A DNA stretch of 64,000 bases, filler included, from Circinaria calcarea (GCA_051942165.1; 43 parts of 43 records of this genome joined end to end with filler, not necessarily neighbours in it), one strand, 5' to 3'. Positions 23,911-37,335 are shown, counted from the first letter of the whole stretch. Made by a program: numbers and translations. Notes: generated from the letters alone by a model not told the origin.

Positions 23911-24012
23911 GNNNNNNNNNNNNNNNNNNNNNNNNNNNNNNNNNNNNNNNNNNNNTTAATTAATTAANNNNNNNNNNNNNNNNNNNNNNNNNNNNNNNNN
24001 NNNNNNNNNNNT

Positions 24013-24609
24013 TCCCCCACCACAACCACCCGTCTTTCCCGTCTCCTTCCCACTCGTCGTCCCAGCCTTCTTCCAACCCGTCGTGCGACATCCCATCCTC
24101 CTTCTTCCGCACCCCTGCACTCCACGCCCGCAAACCCAACCACCCCGTCCTCCACTTACACATACCCGCAAACAGCGCGTCTCCCACCCTCTCTCCAATC
24201 CCTTCGTCTCGCCGCTACCACGCCTAATGAGGCAGATTTACTCTCAGCGCTCACGCACGAGACCACGCTTCGTCTAGCGGCGGAATCGCATCTCGAGCAG
24301 ACGAACGATGAGATCGAAGAGCTCACAGGCACGCTCTTTACCCAGGCGAATGAAATGGTGGCGGAAGAGCGGCGAGAGCGCGCGAAAGTGGAATCAAAGA
24401 TTCTAGAAGCGACGGCGCAGATTAAATCCGAAGAGGAGAATCGAAAAGCACTAGAGGAGAAAGTACGGGAGTTGGAGAAGAGGGAGGAAATGAGGAAGCA
24501 AGAGAGGGAGAGTAGGATCGGGAGGCTCGAGGTGCTAGAAGGGAGAGTGCAGAGGGTTGAGAGGGTGAGGGCGTTGTTAGCTGGCAGGACTGGAGAGAAT
24601 GGAGGATAG
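24013..24609 (+). CDS. Sec2p-type coiled-coil (Rab GEF domain) protein, C-terminal part
   Basis: LRLAAESHLEQTNDEIEELTGTLFTQANEMVAEERRERAK; frame is open from the contig edge. Confidence 0.75.
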   Translation, partial: SPTTTTRLSRLLPTRRPSLLPTRRATSHPPSSAPLHSTPANPTTPSSTYTYPQTARLPPSLQSLRLAATTPNEADLLSALTHETTLRLAAESHLEQTNDEIEELTGTLFTQANEMVAEERRERAKVESKILEATAQIKSEEENRKALEEKVRELEKREEMRKQERESRIGRLEVLEGRVQRVERVRALLAGRTGENGG

Positions 24610-25507
24610 AAAGGGATAAAATCTTCCCACGGTTGATCCTCGACACTTCGTATTCGGACATCTCCACCACCCCTCACCTTTCTTGAAGGATTTTCCGGAA
24701 AGGGAGTTAATCCAACCTCACCATTACCAAGCTTAAAGACCTTTGCATACTAACCACCCCCTTTCACCACCCTCGTCTTACCACTCCCTCTCATGCACCC
24801 TCCCGGGCCAAACCTACCTCTTTCCACGCCTTCCCGTCCTTGGAGTTTCCCCACTAGCGCTGCGTCAATGGAACGGAGAGGGGAAAAGGATGAAAGAGTG
24901 GGGCAGAAGAAAGGCAGGTCTGATTGCCCCTTTCCAACCGTTGATTCCGGGTTCAGTGTCCCAGGAGTGAGTAAGGGAGGGAAGAGTGGAGGTAGGAGCA
25001 GGATTATGTCTGCTTTAGCTTTGAACCCATGATCCTCAAACTCACTACCTATCCTAAAAGATCCAAGGGGGAGGGCAGGAATGGAGGGAGTATAGGGGAA
25101 TGTGCTAGTGAGGATCGTTAATCATGAACCTTGGGATTTAGATTTATGGTAGAGTCGGTAGTCGAGCATTCTATCTATATCTAATATCCACGGGTATTAT
25201 TTTACGGAACTTACAAAAATTGGGGTACGGGTTAGGGGATATCCCCACCATTCTCCAATCCCCTATCACCATCACCATCACAATTCACCATGACCATCTA
25301 CTCACCGCCTTACTCCGTACGGAATACCCTTACCCTACCCTACCCTACCCTGGTTCTTATTCTTGTTTTTGTTTTCCACTCACCGCTTACCCCATTTTGC
25401 ATAACCCNNNNNNNNNNNNNNNNNNNNNNNNNNNNNNNNNNNNNNNNNNNNTTAATTAATTAANNNNNNNNNNNNNNNNNNNNNNNNNNNNNNNNNNNNN
25501 NNNNNNN

Positions 25508-25940
25508 GGTTGTGTTCTTCGTCAACGCCCCCGTGTGTCGGAGCCACCTTTCAACAGCAAAGGAAAGGTCGAGGAAGACAGTTGTTACGACGCAGCCGGC
25601 GATGAATAGCGGTTTCAGACCTTGGGCCCCGATATCTGATGGCGGTCAGTGGCAAGTTCTGCGCGGAGGGGGAAAGTGGGCACTACCAGAGATGTATGCT
25701 ATGCGCTGGCCGGGATTGAAGGAGGCGTAACGGGGTCTTCGGAATAATCAATATCTATTGCTGCGCAAATGCGAGTCCCTCTCAACTCACGAGCCCTCCG
25801 TAATCCAGACTACCAACATGGCAATCAACATGCCTAGTGGTCTGTTAGTCCTACTACCTATCCTCAAACCTGGAGGGCATCCTACCGATCCATGTGCAAG
25901 CACTAATAAGTGGGAATACCCAGTACGAAGGGTACCACAT
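25508..25940 (-). CDS. SFK1: Frag1/DRAM/Sfk1 family membrane protein, 5' part, three introns
   Basis: Manual splicing gives MWYPSYWVFPLISACTWIGMLIAMLVVWITEGSPRYASFNPGQRIAYISDIGAQGLKPLFIAGCVVTTVFLDLSFAVERWLRH. Confidence 0.85.
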
Positions 25941-26538
25941 GATGGAGAGGGAGTTGCCCCAGTCTGTGATCCGTACGACCCGGTAGGAAGGTTTGTATAT
26001 GCCAACTGCGCGATGACAGCGGAGGGAGCAAAGTGAGATGTTTGAAAGGCTTCTGGGATAGCAGTAGGCCCAGGGGAACGATAACTCCCTAAGGAACGTC
26101 GGGGCAATATGGAGTTCTCAACGAAAAGAGCGGCGGGATTTGTTGCGACGACAACATTACGTGGACGGCGAGGTGATTTCATATCCGTTTGTTAAATTAA
26201 TCCCACGACGTCACAAATCGGACGATTACTACGTAATTACCTAGTGCCGCGAAGCGGCTGTGGCTGAGTTCAAAGTTACCTTAGGGAAGGCCTCGAGTCA
26301 GGTCCATATACAAGTCTAATCCAGGCGAGGAAATACCGACATCAAACCCAAAAGCTGTCACTTATCCATATAGTGTACTACACCTCAACTAGTATTAGTA
26401 AAATAGTATTACCTTAAAGAATCTCGCTGAGCACGCCATTATAGACATAACGTAACGACAGATCCTAAGAGAAGTCCCATTGAGAAGACGCATTATGCTA
26501 ACCCTATACATCCTTCCCTCCTTGAATCCTACCCAGTC

Positions 26539-26903
26539 TTACAGATCTTCCACAAACCTGCTATCCCGGACCGGGCTCTCCCCCAACCTGCCCTCGCCTT
26601 CTCTTGCGAAACTCGGGAGCGGCAACTCCCTCGCGTCCCCAAACTCTTCCTCTCCTGACTCGTCCGCCGCTGCATCCCCCTCTACCTCTTCCGAATCATG
26701 CGGGCGGACTACATACCCGTCTCCATGTCCGTCATCTGTACTACCTATCCTGGCGAGTCGGAAGCTGCGGCTACGACCACGTTCTTCCGTGGAGTGAGCT
26801 GCTGCAGCATCGGTGGTACTGGTGGGCTCGTCGCTGGAGAGCGAACTGATGGAGGTCGACCGGGAACGGGAGACGACTGGGTGGGAGGTGAGAGCGGTGG
26901 GGT
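26539..26903 (-). CDS. C-terminus of an acidic low-complexity hypothetical protein ending SPVRDSRFVEDL*
   Basis: Open minus-strand frame to TAA at 26539; coding-like composition. Confidence 0.5.
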
Positions 26904-27003
26904 NNNNNNNNNNNNNNNNNNNNNNNNNNNNNNNNNNNNNNNNNNNNTTAATTAATTAANNNNNNNNNNNNNNNNNNNNNNNNNNNNNNNNNNNNNNNNN
27001 NNN

Positions 27004-28399
27004 TGCTTTCCAGTGTTATCTTCTGGGCCTCGTCTACTCCTCCGAGAAGTGTCAGCTATATAGACTCTATCTTTATCACTGTCAGCGCCATGACCCTTGC
27101 CGGCCTCAATACTGTCAATCTTTCCCAACTCAATACATGGCAACAGTTTATGCTCTTCCTTCTCACCATACTTGGATCAGCAATCCTAGTCTCGACTGCA
27201 GTGGTACACGTGCGGAGAAAGGCATTTGAGCGCAAGTTCAAAAGTGTAGTCGAGGAAGAACAGCGGCGGCCTAAGGTGCAGAAAGATGTTGTGCCGGACC
27301 ACGGCCCTCCTTTCACCCGTTCTAGGAGACGTTCTCTATCGATTGAGGAAAGAGAAGTTGATGGCGTTGTACAAAAGGGGAGGACGGTGGCATCCAAGCA
27401 TCGAAGGCCTTTGGCGACTTTGATTGAGGAGAAAAGAGCGCTCCTACGAGGGACAAGTAAATATTTTCAATCAGGAGGTTACGTAGGGAGAAATTCGCAA
27501 TTCTACAGCCTTACTCTCTCGGAACGGGAGCGTCTTGGAGGAGTTGAATACCGGGCTATTATGCTACTGGAGGCCATCGTGCCTGTATATTTTGTCCTGT
27601 GGCAGCTTTTTGGATGCATAGGCTTGGGAGCCTATGTAGCCACATATGGGGCAGATACTACATTGCAGAATGGGCTGAACCCTTGGTATAGCCAAAGGCA
27701 GAAAGCTACCTGCTGATGGGCTGATCGTGGGATAGGTGGGTCGGAGCTTTCAATGCGGTGTCCGCGTTTAACAATTCTGGCATGAGCCTCTTGGATGCTA
27801 ATATGGTAAGCAATATTCTAACCGTGGCCGAAGAATACTTGATTAACATTGGAGTACAGGTTGCATTCCAAACCTCCGTATTTATGCTAATCACAATGGG
27901 TCTACTCATCTTAGCTGGTAATACTTGGTACATACCGAATAACCCCGTATACGTGGACGCCTGCTGATATATGATTAAATATAGTTATCCGATATTTCTC
28001 CGTCTGATAATCTGGACTTTTCTTCGGCTACTACCCGATAAAGCCACATATCGAGATCGAAGAGTGACCCTTCAGTTTCTACTCGACCATCCCAGACGTT
28101 GCTATACGACCCTTTTCCCCTCCACGCATACCTGGTGGTTACTTGGCAGTATTATCTTGCTAAATGGCATCGATTGGGCAGCTTTCGAAGTCCTTAATGT
28201 ACGTTCCCCTCCCCCAAATCTCTCATCCCGACCTTTCCAATTACTAATCCATCAAATAGATTGGCAACTCTACAATCACCAATTTACCCGGCGGTGCTCG
28301 TGCTCTTGATGGTCTGTTTCAAGCGGTGGCTGTACGCTCTGGTGGTTTCTACGTTGTCTCCATTGCTCAACTCCGTATCGGTCTTCTCGTTCTCTATGT
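27004..28399 (+). CDS. Trk-family potassium transporter, internal fragment with four introns
   Basis: SAMTLAGLNTVNLSQL, GRNSQFYSLT..ERERLGGVEYRA, SAFNNSGMSLLD, LILAGNT, FLLDHPRRCYT.LFP, AVRSGGF. Confidence 0.93.
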
Positions 28400-29729
28400 N
28401 NNNNNNNNNNNNNNNNNNNNNNNNNNNNNNNNNNNNNNNNNNNTTAATTAATTAANNNNNNNNNNNNNNNNNNNNNNNNNNNNNNNNNNNNNNNNNNNNC
28501 CTACCCTCTATTTCTCCCACGCGCTCCCTGCCCCTATATATACACTATCACCGCCACGCACCCATCCGGGTTGTTCCCCGCCGCCGAAGGGCTCCAGAGT
28601 CGCTCTGCAGGGTAACCCCCTAGCTGTGACCCGATAGTAATCGGTAAATGATCTCTCATGAATAAAGAAAGTGTTGGCGCTTTACCTTGCTTGTTATTTT
28701 GCTGGTGGGATGGTTTCAACTCGCTCTTCTTCCTCAGCCCGTCGCTTCATTGTTCACCCTTGCATCCCCGTTCGCACCCCCCGCCTTGGATTTGTTTCTC
28801 TCCGGATGCCCGGGTTATTGTTTTAAATGGCTCAAATCGCTGCTCTTAGGTAGCCGGGTTGGAAAGAGATAGAGGAGGCCGTCGGATCTGGTAAACTTTC
28901 TAGGATGATCTCTGTAATAGAGTCAATAGAACCACCGGTCAAGAAAAAAAGAAAAAGAAGGGAATTTAGCTATAGTAATTTATTAGAAATGAAGCATGGA
29001 TTCTCGACTTGTAAATAAACTGCTGAAGGGTGCGTGGGAGTAGATTACTTTATATTCTAGACGTGCAAGGGCGTGATATATTGGAGAGGGGGCCCGCGGG
29101 TACGTGGGAGCGGTGAATGGCATCTTCAGAGTGCGGAGCAGATGTACGCCGATTCTTGAAAGGATGACTCCCTCTTGGCTTTTGAGGTTAAGGAGGGCTG
29201 ATTGAACAGGTTTGAATGTGTGAATAGAAAGGCTGCGTTAGAGTGGGTGGATTCCTTAGTCGCATATACCCTTTATATGCATTGAATAGGTTTATTCCGA
29301 CGGAGGAGGCCATTGCGAGATGATAGTCTTGCTTCGGCTTGGAAAAGGTCGATTGAGAATAAACCGACGAACAGCCGCGGAAAAGGTACGGCCAGGGTGC
29401 CGTAGCGAGCATAGCGAACCGATGGCTATATGGTGGGTTTGATCTCAGACCATAATAGATGGACGGTTCTCCTTATCGAGAAACGTCGCTCGGAAAGGGG
29501 TAGCTGATTTCCGTGGCTCGGGATATTAGCCGGAGCATCAAGGGAAAGCGTGGCTTGACTATAATCTGGTATGTCCACAACGGTCAAGGATCCTCCATAT
29601 TTGTTCTTGAGCGCCAATTCGACTGTAGATAAGATACGGGAGGTCATTGCCAACGGCCAGCGATTGACTCCGTACATAATCGCAAACTACCCTGAAGCCT
29701 AAAAAGAATCAAGATCATTCCGAAACAAT

Positions 29730-29894
29730 TTAGAACTTGTTCTTCTCCCGCAATGTGTCCCCGTCAACCCCATTGTCATGTTCCGGCCTCTTGCTACTGA
29801 TCGCACCCTTGGTCCGCCTAATCATTACAGCAGTAGGCATGATAGCCATCGCTATTGCCGCTTCGAAGATTAACGCTTTCTGCATGTTTCACGG
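29730..29894 (-). pseudogene. Possible C-terminus of an MFS transporter with an in-frame TGA
   Basis: P*NMQKALIFEAAIAMAIMPTAV...KNKF*; resembles, from memory only, the last helix of fungal MFS proteins. Confidence 0.25.
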
Positions 29895-30029
29895 NNNNNN
29901 NNNNNNNNNNNNNNNNNNNNNNNNNNNNNNNNNNNNNNTTAATTAATTAANNNNNNNNNNNNNNNNNNNNNNNNNNNNNNNNNNNNNNNNNNNNTATGCA
30001 CCCAAGGCTTGGTATCCTTCACATTGTCC

Positions 30030-30952
30030 TTAGTCGTGTCCTTCCTTGGAGCCTTGTGTTGGATGGGGGTGGGTGATGACCTCCACGAAACCTTCTCTAT
30101 CATTCGTCCGTCTAGCTTCGGCCCACTCCTTCAACTCGTCGTAGTTGCGACACACTCGTGGAAAGCCCCAACCCGTCACACCACCCAGATCGGTGCGAAA
30201 AGGCTCAAGCGTGGAATCGGCGGAGCATAACAAGGCTTGCCGCAGATAATCAAAGCAGTGTCGCATATGTGGTGGCTTCAGGTGCTCCATGTTGATGCCA
30301 GCAATTGGCACGCCAGGCTCAGCAAACAGAGCTCTCCGGATCGAGTACTAAAGAAATCAGCATTACTGAGACTCTGTTGTATGGGTTTCAGCTAACAAGA
30401 CAATGGAGTTGGTGGACAGCTGACACAGCTGACACATGTGGTGCGTTGGGTGGATATCGCACAAAACCTTGACCCTCTGTACTCACACGTCAGGAGCCAG
30501 AAGTCAAGCGTAGTTCAGCGAAACCTACTGGGAATAAGCGCATCCCATTCAGCTTCGGTACTATTGTTGGTAGGAGGCTGTGCTCCAAATGTTCTATCGT
30601 ACTCCCATTTCTGTTGTTGTAGACCTATTTGGACTGCCAATTCGCCAAATTATTAGAAGATGGGGGTCGAAAAGCAGCATGTGTTTGACGTACCTCGAGG
30701 CATCGAGTACACCCAATCTGGTAGCGCTGCTTTATCGTGCTGTCCTTGTAACCCAAGAAGATATCCGCCAGCCGCGGTGAGAAGACAGAGAAAGAACACT
30801 AATAGAACATTTGGCCAGCTTGAGGCACCAACGGAACTCTTAATAGGTGAAGCCTTCAAGGTTGAGCTCGACTCAACGTCTGATTCAGAAGATAAGGGAG
30901 TGTATTGGGTTGAACGTAAACGACGAAGATATTCGAACATTGGATGGAGCAT
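30030..30952 (-). CDS. UstYa-like DUF3328 oxidase, apparently complete, four exons
   Basis: N-terminal TM helix; AEWDALIP|KGQGFV; VSAVHQLHCL|YSIRR; HMRHCFDYLRQALLCSADSTLEP; GWGFPRVCRNYDELKEWAE. Two HxxHC motifs. Confidence 0.92.
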
Positions 30953-31533
30953 GATGGTAACGTTCAAAGACCGATAAAGTGGAATGTGGAGTTACCCCCT
31001 TGGAGTATTGAATTTTACTCGAGAAGAGTTGGAATTTTTTTTTGGGAGGCATCAAACAGCTCACAGGCCACTCCACCACCACACTATCCACGGGTCTTGG
31101 GAGAAAGTCATGGGGACCGAGACACACAGGGGCCTCGGAGCGAGGTAAGCGGAACTGTGTAGCGATCGGCCATATCCTCGAGGCCTAAACATAGATTAAG
31201 GTGGAGGATGGCGTTGCTTTTTCCTGAAGAGGGTGAGGTGCAATATCAATAGCTTTGGCGGAATCAAGAAAGTTGGGAAATGGCGGGAATCCGAAACCAA
31301 ACGGCGGATTTTCCGGGAATTTTAAAGCAGCGAAACACGGAGCTTTGGCCCAACCGGGGTGGACGGTTCGCCTAAAGGTCCACTGCAGCNNNNNNNNNNN
31401 NNNNNNNNNNNNNNNNNNNNNNNNNNNNNNNNNTTAATTAATTAANNNNNNNNNNNNNNNNNNNNNNNNNNNNNNNNNNNNNNNNNNNNGGCAGTAGTGA
31501 ACGCGGTGATTCAGGTGTTGACTGAAAACTTAC

Positions 31534-31791
31534 ATTCTTTGGGCGCCTCAAGGTGACACGAGTGATGCCAGGAACATGCTTCAAACCGAGCTTTGCAATT
31601 GATTTGCGCGCTTTCTTCTCGTTACGAGAATGGATTTGGACACCTGAACCAGATGGGAGCTCTGCTTCGCCAGCGTCACCGGCTTCACCAGCTTCAACTT
31701 CTGAGCCGGAGCTGCTTGAAGCATCTTCGACTTCAGCGGCCTTGTTGGTTGGAGTGTCATCAGGCAGTTCTTCGATACGAGGGTTAGACAT
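31534..31791 (-). CDS. EGD2: Nascent polypeptide-associated complex alpha subunit, exon 1
   Basis: [11 protein letters not shown]...[33 protein letters not shown] followed by a GTAAGT donor. Confidence 0.95.
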
Positions 31792-32576
31792 GGTCGCAAT
31801 GAGGTTGTTATTTTGTTTGGCTTTGTTGACCTGCTTCTTTGCTTTCTTTTCGCAGGTTGACAAGGTTGAAGTAACTCGCTTGGAATCTATTAGCTTCACC
31901 ATGATGGTGGTGCCGGTCGGCCCGCGTTCGGAGTAATGCTGAAGCGATGCTGTGTGGATGATTGGTTTCTGAATGTGAGGCCAGGATATTTATCCGGTAG
32001 GGCTGAGCTAGGGTCTCAACCGTGAATCACATGTGCCATTCATTACTCGTTCACTGTACTCCACGGATTTATCTACTCATGAATTCCAGATACCGTTTTG
32101 GGATAATCACTGCACGCTGTCTGAGATACATTCACGGGCCTGTCTCAATTCATCACATAGCTGACATCGACATTTCCTGCCTGAAACTCTGAGCTTCGAA
32201 ATTTCGAAGATCAGATTGTAGGCATATCCATTAGGATCATGAGCTGAAGGGATTACAAGTAGCTGCACTAAGAGCCGCATTTCTTTTGGCTGTTTGAACA
32301 GGATAAGATGTCTGAGCCTGGCAGTTATACGTAAAAGGGACGAATGTGACCAAAAATGCGTAGTCAGGTTAAATAGTTTGCCTATGCCCTGCAATGGCAT
32401 AGCATCCCGAGAACGGAGCTCTCTCTCAAGACAGGGTGGCATAGCGTCGCCGCTGGATTTTTCAACGATAACTTGGGAAAGCTATCAAGTCAAGGTTCTC
32501 TGAGCGCCATATTACAATATGCATCACCTCAGTCCATTTCCAGGTCATTACTCCCCAACAGGTGAGTTCACAAGTT

Positions 32577-32884
32577 CTATGACTTAGCCGCTGCCCGAAC
32601 CTTAGCATGCGCTTTTCGAATCTCGAAACGAGCCTACAGCCACAGGTCAGCCAAAGGTTATATACGAACATGGCTTTCTCGGCGTCTCAAGCTTCGACTG
32701 GTTGCTGTTCATAGCCTTGAATGATGGATTGTTACTGACCTGCTTCCTCAGCCTCATGACCTTAAAGCGCTCAAAGTCTGAAAGCCCACGCCTCTTTTCC
32801 CTCTGTTCTCGTTTCTTTGCCCATGCACTTTGATCCCACTTCTCTTCAATGCCCTCCTTCTCCCAAGCTTTAGCGACTGCACCT
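32577..32884 (-). CDS. RPL14: 60S ribosomal protein L14, 3' part (intron 32634-32739)
   Basis: [49 protein letters not shown]. Not in the ORF track. Confidence 0.93.
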
Positions 32885-32984
32885 NNNNNNNNNNNNNNNN
32901 NNNNNNNNNNNNNNNNNNNNNNNNNNNNTTAATTAATTAANNNNNNNNNNNNNNNNNNNNNNNNNNNNNNNNNNNNNNNNNNNN

Positions 32985-33952
32985 CCTCCCTCCTCCTCCT
33001 GCTCCTCCTCCTCCCCGCCACCCACAGCCTTCCTCGCTATCCTCAAAGGTTCCGGCAACGGAATCGTCCTCATCCCAAAACCCCCTTCACACCCGGCCCG
33101 CAAACTCTCCGGATCGAGCGAAACCGGCGCAGTCGCTGTCGGAGTAAGCGGCGACACCACCTGCTCGGGAGTCTTCCACTCCCCCTTCCACGGCACGGTC
33201 CGCGGCGAGATTTGAGGGCTGGGATGGGGTGTTGCCTGGCGGGGACGGAGCGGAGGGAAGGAAGACGCGAGGTTGAGAGGGGCTGGGCAGCGGCCGCGTC
33301 GGTAGGGGTGGTAGGTGTTGTCGGGTTCGGTAGGCAGCTCGATGGATTCTCGGTTGATGGCGGGTGTGTCTTTCCTAGTTCTAGTCGGCTGGGTGGGATA
33401 TTCTTGGTCGGGATGTTCCCATATTGTAGACCGAGGGCGTTGTTTTGATTCGGACGGTAGTGTTGGTATCGTTGGTTCTCTCCTGAGATGGGAGGGTTGA
33501 GGGGGAGGAAGAAAGTTTGCTATTTGACCAGGGGCCGCTCTCTGTCCATTCTTCGATGCGGCCTGCCGCGGATCTTTGCCCGTTCGAGCTTCAATATCCT
33601 TACCAGAGGATGGTGGTACCGCTCGCCCTTCTTGGAGGACGATGGTAACGTATATCGCAACCCCGATGAGTATCAAACCTGCAAAAGTGCTCGAAATCGC
33701 GACGACAAAGTGCGCCGGCACAGGCTTGGCGAGGTAAATGGAGTAATTTATCAGGATCGAACCAGCGATGAGAAGCGTGGTGAAGAGCAGAAAGGGTACG
33801 ATCACGTAGAGGGCTGCATGCAGCACACAAGACATCCACGATGGGAGGTTCATTCCGGTTTGTTTAGCTAATCGCCGGGATTGCTTTTTAGTCTTCCAGT
33901 ATGCAGTGGGAAGGGCACTGAGGGGTGTGACAGACTGATCATGATGGTCCAT
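32985..33952 (-). CDS. Hypothetical membrane protein (two TM helices plus Pro-rich tail), 3' truncated
   Basis: ATG-initiated open frame of more than 320 codons with two hydrophobic segments. Confidence 0.65.
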
Positions 33953-34478
33953 TGGTGAAAATGTTCGGATATCTGCAGGAACAGATGCTTGCCCCCAAGA
34001 CGATCGCTGCGGATATCATATTGCGTCTTTCCAATTCATGTGTCGGGTACTTGCTCGAAGATCTTGGATCAGTCTTTAGGTGCGAGTATGTTCCCGTGCC
34101 TTCGATGTTTCAGATTTCACAATAGCGGATAAGTAGATTAGTAAAATGATAACTGGTGACTGTGTGAAATCACGGTTGTGCACACCCAGGTTATGTCAAA
34201 ATGTCAAGATTCTACTGGTATCTGTAACAGAGCTAAGAAGTAGAGATTGCAGCTCTCTAGGAATGCATACTCTAACTAGCTCAAACACAAAGTATGGACA
34301 AAGAAAGGAAGGCATGATCATCATCAAGACGAAGCGCTGCCCACAATAGCGTTCCAATTCACGCCTTTCGTGTCTAACNNNNNNNNNNNNNNNNNNNNNN
34401 NNNNNNNNNNNNNNNNNNNNNNTTAATTAATTAANNNNNNNNNNNNNNNNNNNNNNNNNNNNNNNNNNNNNNNNNNNN

Positions 34479-35871
34479 TAGATATCTGATCTCATCTAGG
34501 CTGTCGCGGATCCTTGAGATGGTTGCGGCGGCATCTTTCTTGTCACCGAATCTCCCCCAGAGTTGCGATTTCAGTATATTTTGAAAGACGGAGGATGCAA
34601 TCGCAATGCCGATAATAGAACCTGTGCTGCGAAAGGCATAGGAGGCCGCTGTGATGACTGCTTGGTGCTTGTGATCCACGGCGGATATAAGTGCCAGTAA
34701 AGAAATCGTCAACATCCCGGCATAGCCTAGTCCGGTCAGAAAGAAGTAGATAAAGGGTGGCCATGATGGAGTACTGAGGGTGAAGGTTGATACCAACGCC
34801 AGCGAGAGTACAAAAATAGCTTGGACACAGACGTTTAGGGTATAATACCGCCCAGCCCAGCGCATAATGATGCCAGTTCCCACAGACCCAACGCCAACGC
34901 CAACTGATTGCGGTATTGAGCGCAACCCAGCTTGCGTAGGTGACATACCCCTGATCTGAAAGTATATTGGCCCATAGAAAAGTAGGCCGAAGGTGGCCAT
35001 TGTCACGAGCCAATTCGTCAAGCAAGCTGAAAGGACAGTGCGGTTGAGTAGTAGTCTGACAGGAATAATCGGTTCGACGGCGTAGCTAATTTCGATCAAG
35101 ATGAAAAGAAGAAAGAGTACAATAGACAGAGGAAGAGTCGTCAAAACAAGTGGATGTGTCCAAGATACAGTATTCCCACCCGAATTCAATCCAAGAAGTA
35201 GAGTGACGAGAGTCAGTATCAGCATCATGGCTCCCAGGACGTCGACCCTTTTCCATCTCGGTTCGTCGGTCTCCTTAATAGAGATGTTCACAGTAAGGGC
35301 TACCATAATCCCAGATAAGACGGTGAGAGGCACCTGGATAAAGAACGCCCAGCGCCACCCAATCGTATCGTTGATCCATCCACCGAACACTCCTCCCAAG
35401 GCGGATCCGATCCCAAAGAATATATTTCCGTATCCTTGCCATAGACCTCGTCTACGTAGTGGGATTAGGTCCGAACCAATAAATGTTGATATAGCTGTCA
35501 AACCTCCTCCACCCATTCCTGCAACCACTCGGCCAAGAATCATGACCGACTCCGTTTTTGCCAGACCGCAAATGAGATTCCCCGCGGCGAAGAACACGTT
35601 CGAAAAGAGAAGTCCATTTCTTCGGCCAAAAATATCCGTCAGCTTACCACTTAGAGGCTGTAGGGCAGCGTTTGCAATAAAGTATGCTGAGGCAAGCCAA
35701 GACAATAGGGATAGGGAGTCGAAGGACGTTGAAATGGGAGCAGACAGCGTTGCGATTATCGTAGAGTCAAGAGCTACACTAAGGCTCAATCAATAAGGTC
35801 TTCAACTTTCTCTTCTTTGTTTTACCTGCGAGTATACACCCAAGCCAAACACCACTCATCACCATTAAGAG
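34479..35871 (-). CDS. 14-TM MFS transporter (DHA2/Vba/Fnx-like), internal fragment; intron near 35774-35825
   Basis: WLGCILA|ALDSTIIAT, SGKLTDIFGRR, GRVVAGMGGGG, SDLIPLRRRGLWQG, GWRWAF. Confidence 0.93.
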
Positions 35872-36500
35872 NNNNNNNNNNNNNNNNNNNNNNNNNNNNN
35901 NNNNNNNNNNNNNNNTTAATTAATTAANNNNNNNNNNNNNNNNNNNNNNNNNNNNNNNNNNNNNNNNNNNNGACGATGGGGAGACTGGTGGTGGGTGGAA
36001 AGAGCATTAGTATGGCTTTCTTGCAGCTGGATTCAGGTATTTGAGTTGGGATAGGAGGCCTCTCCATCTGGGAGGATCAAGTAAATGGAGCCTTACGGGA
36101 CGATGTGTGGCCCTGGGGTACGCGTTAGTCTTAGAGATCTTAAAGTCCAAAGTGAGAGGGTGATTTACCTTTCCAGACTGATCGCGCCAGGAGCATCTTT
36201 GAAGGAAACATGATTCAGGAAGCCTGAGCCTGGCGGGTTTCAATGCAATGATCTACGTAAGAAATGTACAAACTTTTATGCAGATGATTTTAGACTTTTA
36301 TGAAAGTGTTCTAATGCCAAGGTCGATTCGCGTAACCCTCGAGAGCGTGTCTGCCTTGACATTACCCACCGGTGCTGAAAACAGAACTTTATCCACAAGT
36401 TAGGATGAGATCCTTCCAGCTCCATATCAGTTCCAAGTCCATGAATTTCCGAATAAGACTTACAAGTTGAAAGAACCGGAAAATAGCCTGAGTGGTAAAT

Positions 36501-37335
36501 ATGCCGGGCCTTACAGGTAGTTAATTAAGCACTTCGATTTAACCTCTGTCAAGATTTAAAAAACTGTACTAATAACCGATTGCAGCCGCCGATACAATCC
36601 GTATCCTCGTGGCAACCGACAGCCATGTCGGATACAACGAACGAGATGCCATTCGCGGCAACGACAGTGCAACCACCTTCCACGAGGTCATGTGCCTGGC
36701 GAAAGAAAAGGACGTTGACATGGTACTCCTGGCGGGCGATCTCTTCCATGACAACAAGCCTTCCCGGAAATCCATGTACCAGGTCATGCGGTCTCTGCGG
36801 ATGAATTGCTACGGGGAAAAGCCCTGCGAGCTGGAGATGCTGAGTGATCCGAGTGAAATATTTTCCGGGTAGGGAATTCTCTTTCTTTTGGGATATTAGA
36901 AGTAGGGTCTGATCAAAGTCTTCAAGGGCATTCAATCATGTCAACTACGAGGATCCGGATATTAATGTGGCTATACCTGTTTTCTCCATTCATGGCAATC
37001 ATGATGATCCATCAGGGGTGCGTTGAGCGTTCTGGTGGACTCTCCACCAACAACAACAACCAGCTCATTGTTGCTAGGAAGGCCACCTCGCTGCTTTGGA
37101 TCTACTACAGATATCGGGACTTTTGAATTACTATGGACGGACCCCTGAATCTGACAACATTTCAATCAGACCTGTGCTGTTACAGAAAGGTCAGACCAAA
37201 CTGGCGCTCTACGGGATGAGTAATGTCAGGGATGAGAGGCTATTTCGAACGTTTCGTGATGGCAAAGTCAAGTTCTTCCAGCCTGGGACTCAGAAACAAG
37301 ATTGGTTCAACCTGATGAGCGTTCACCAAAATCAG
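36501..37335 (+). CDS. MRE11: Double-strand break repair nuclease Mre11, 5' part with introns
   Basis: [60 protein letters not shown]. Confidence 0.96.
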
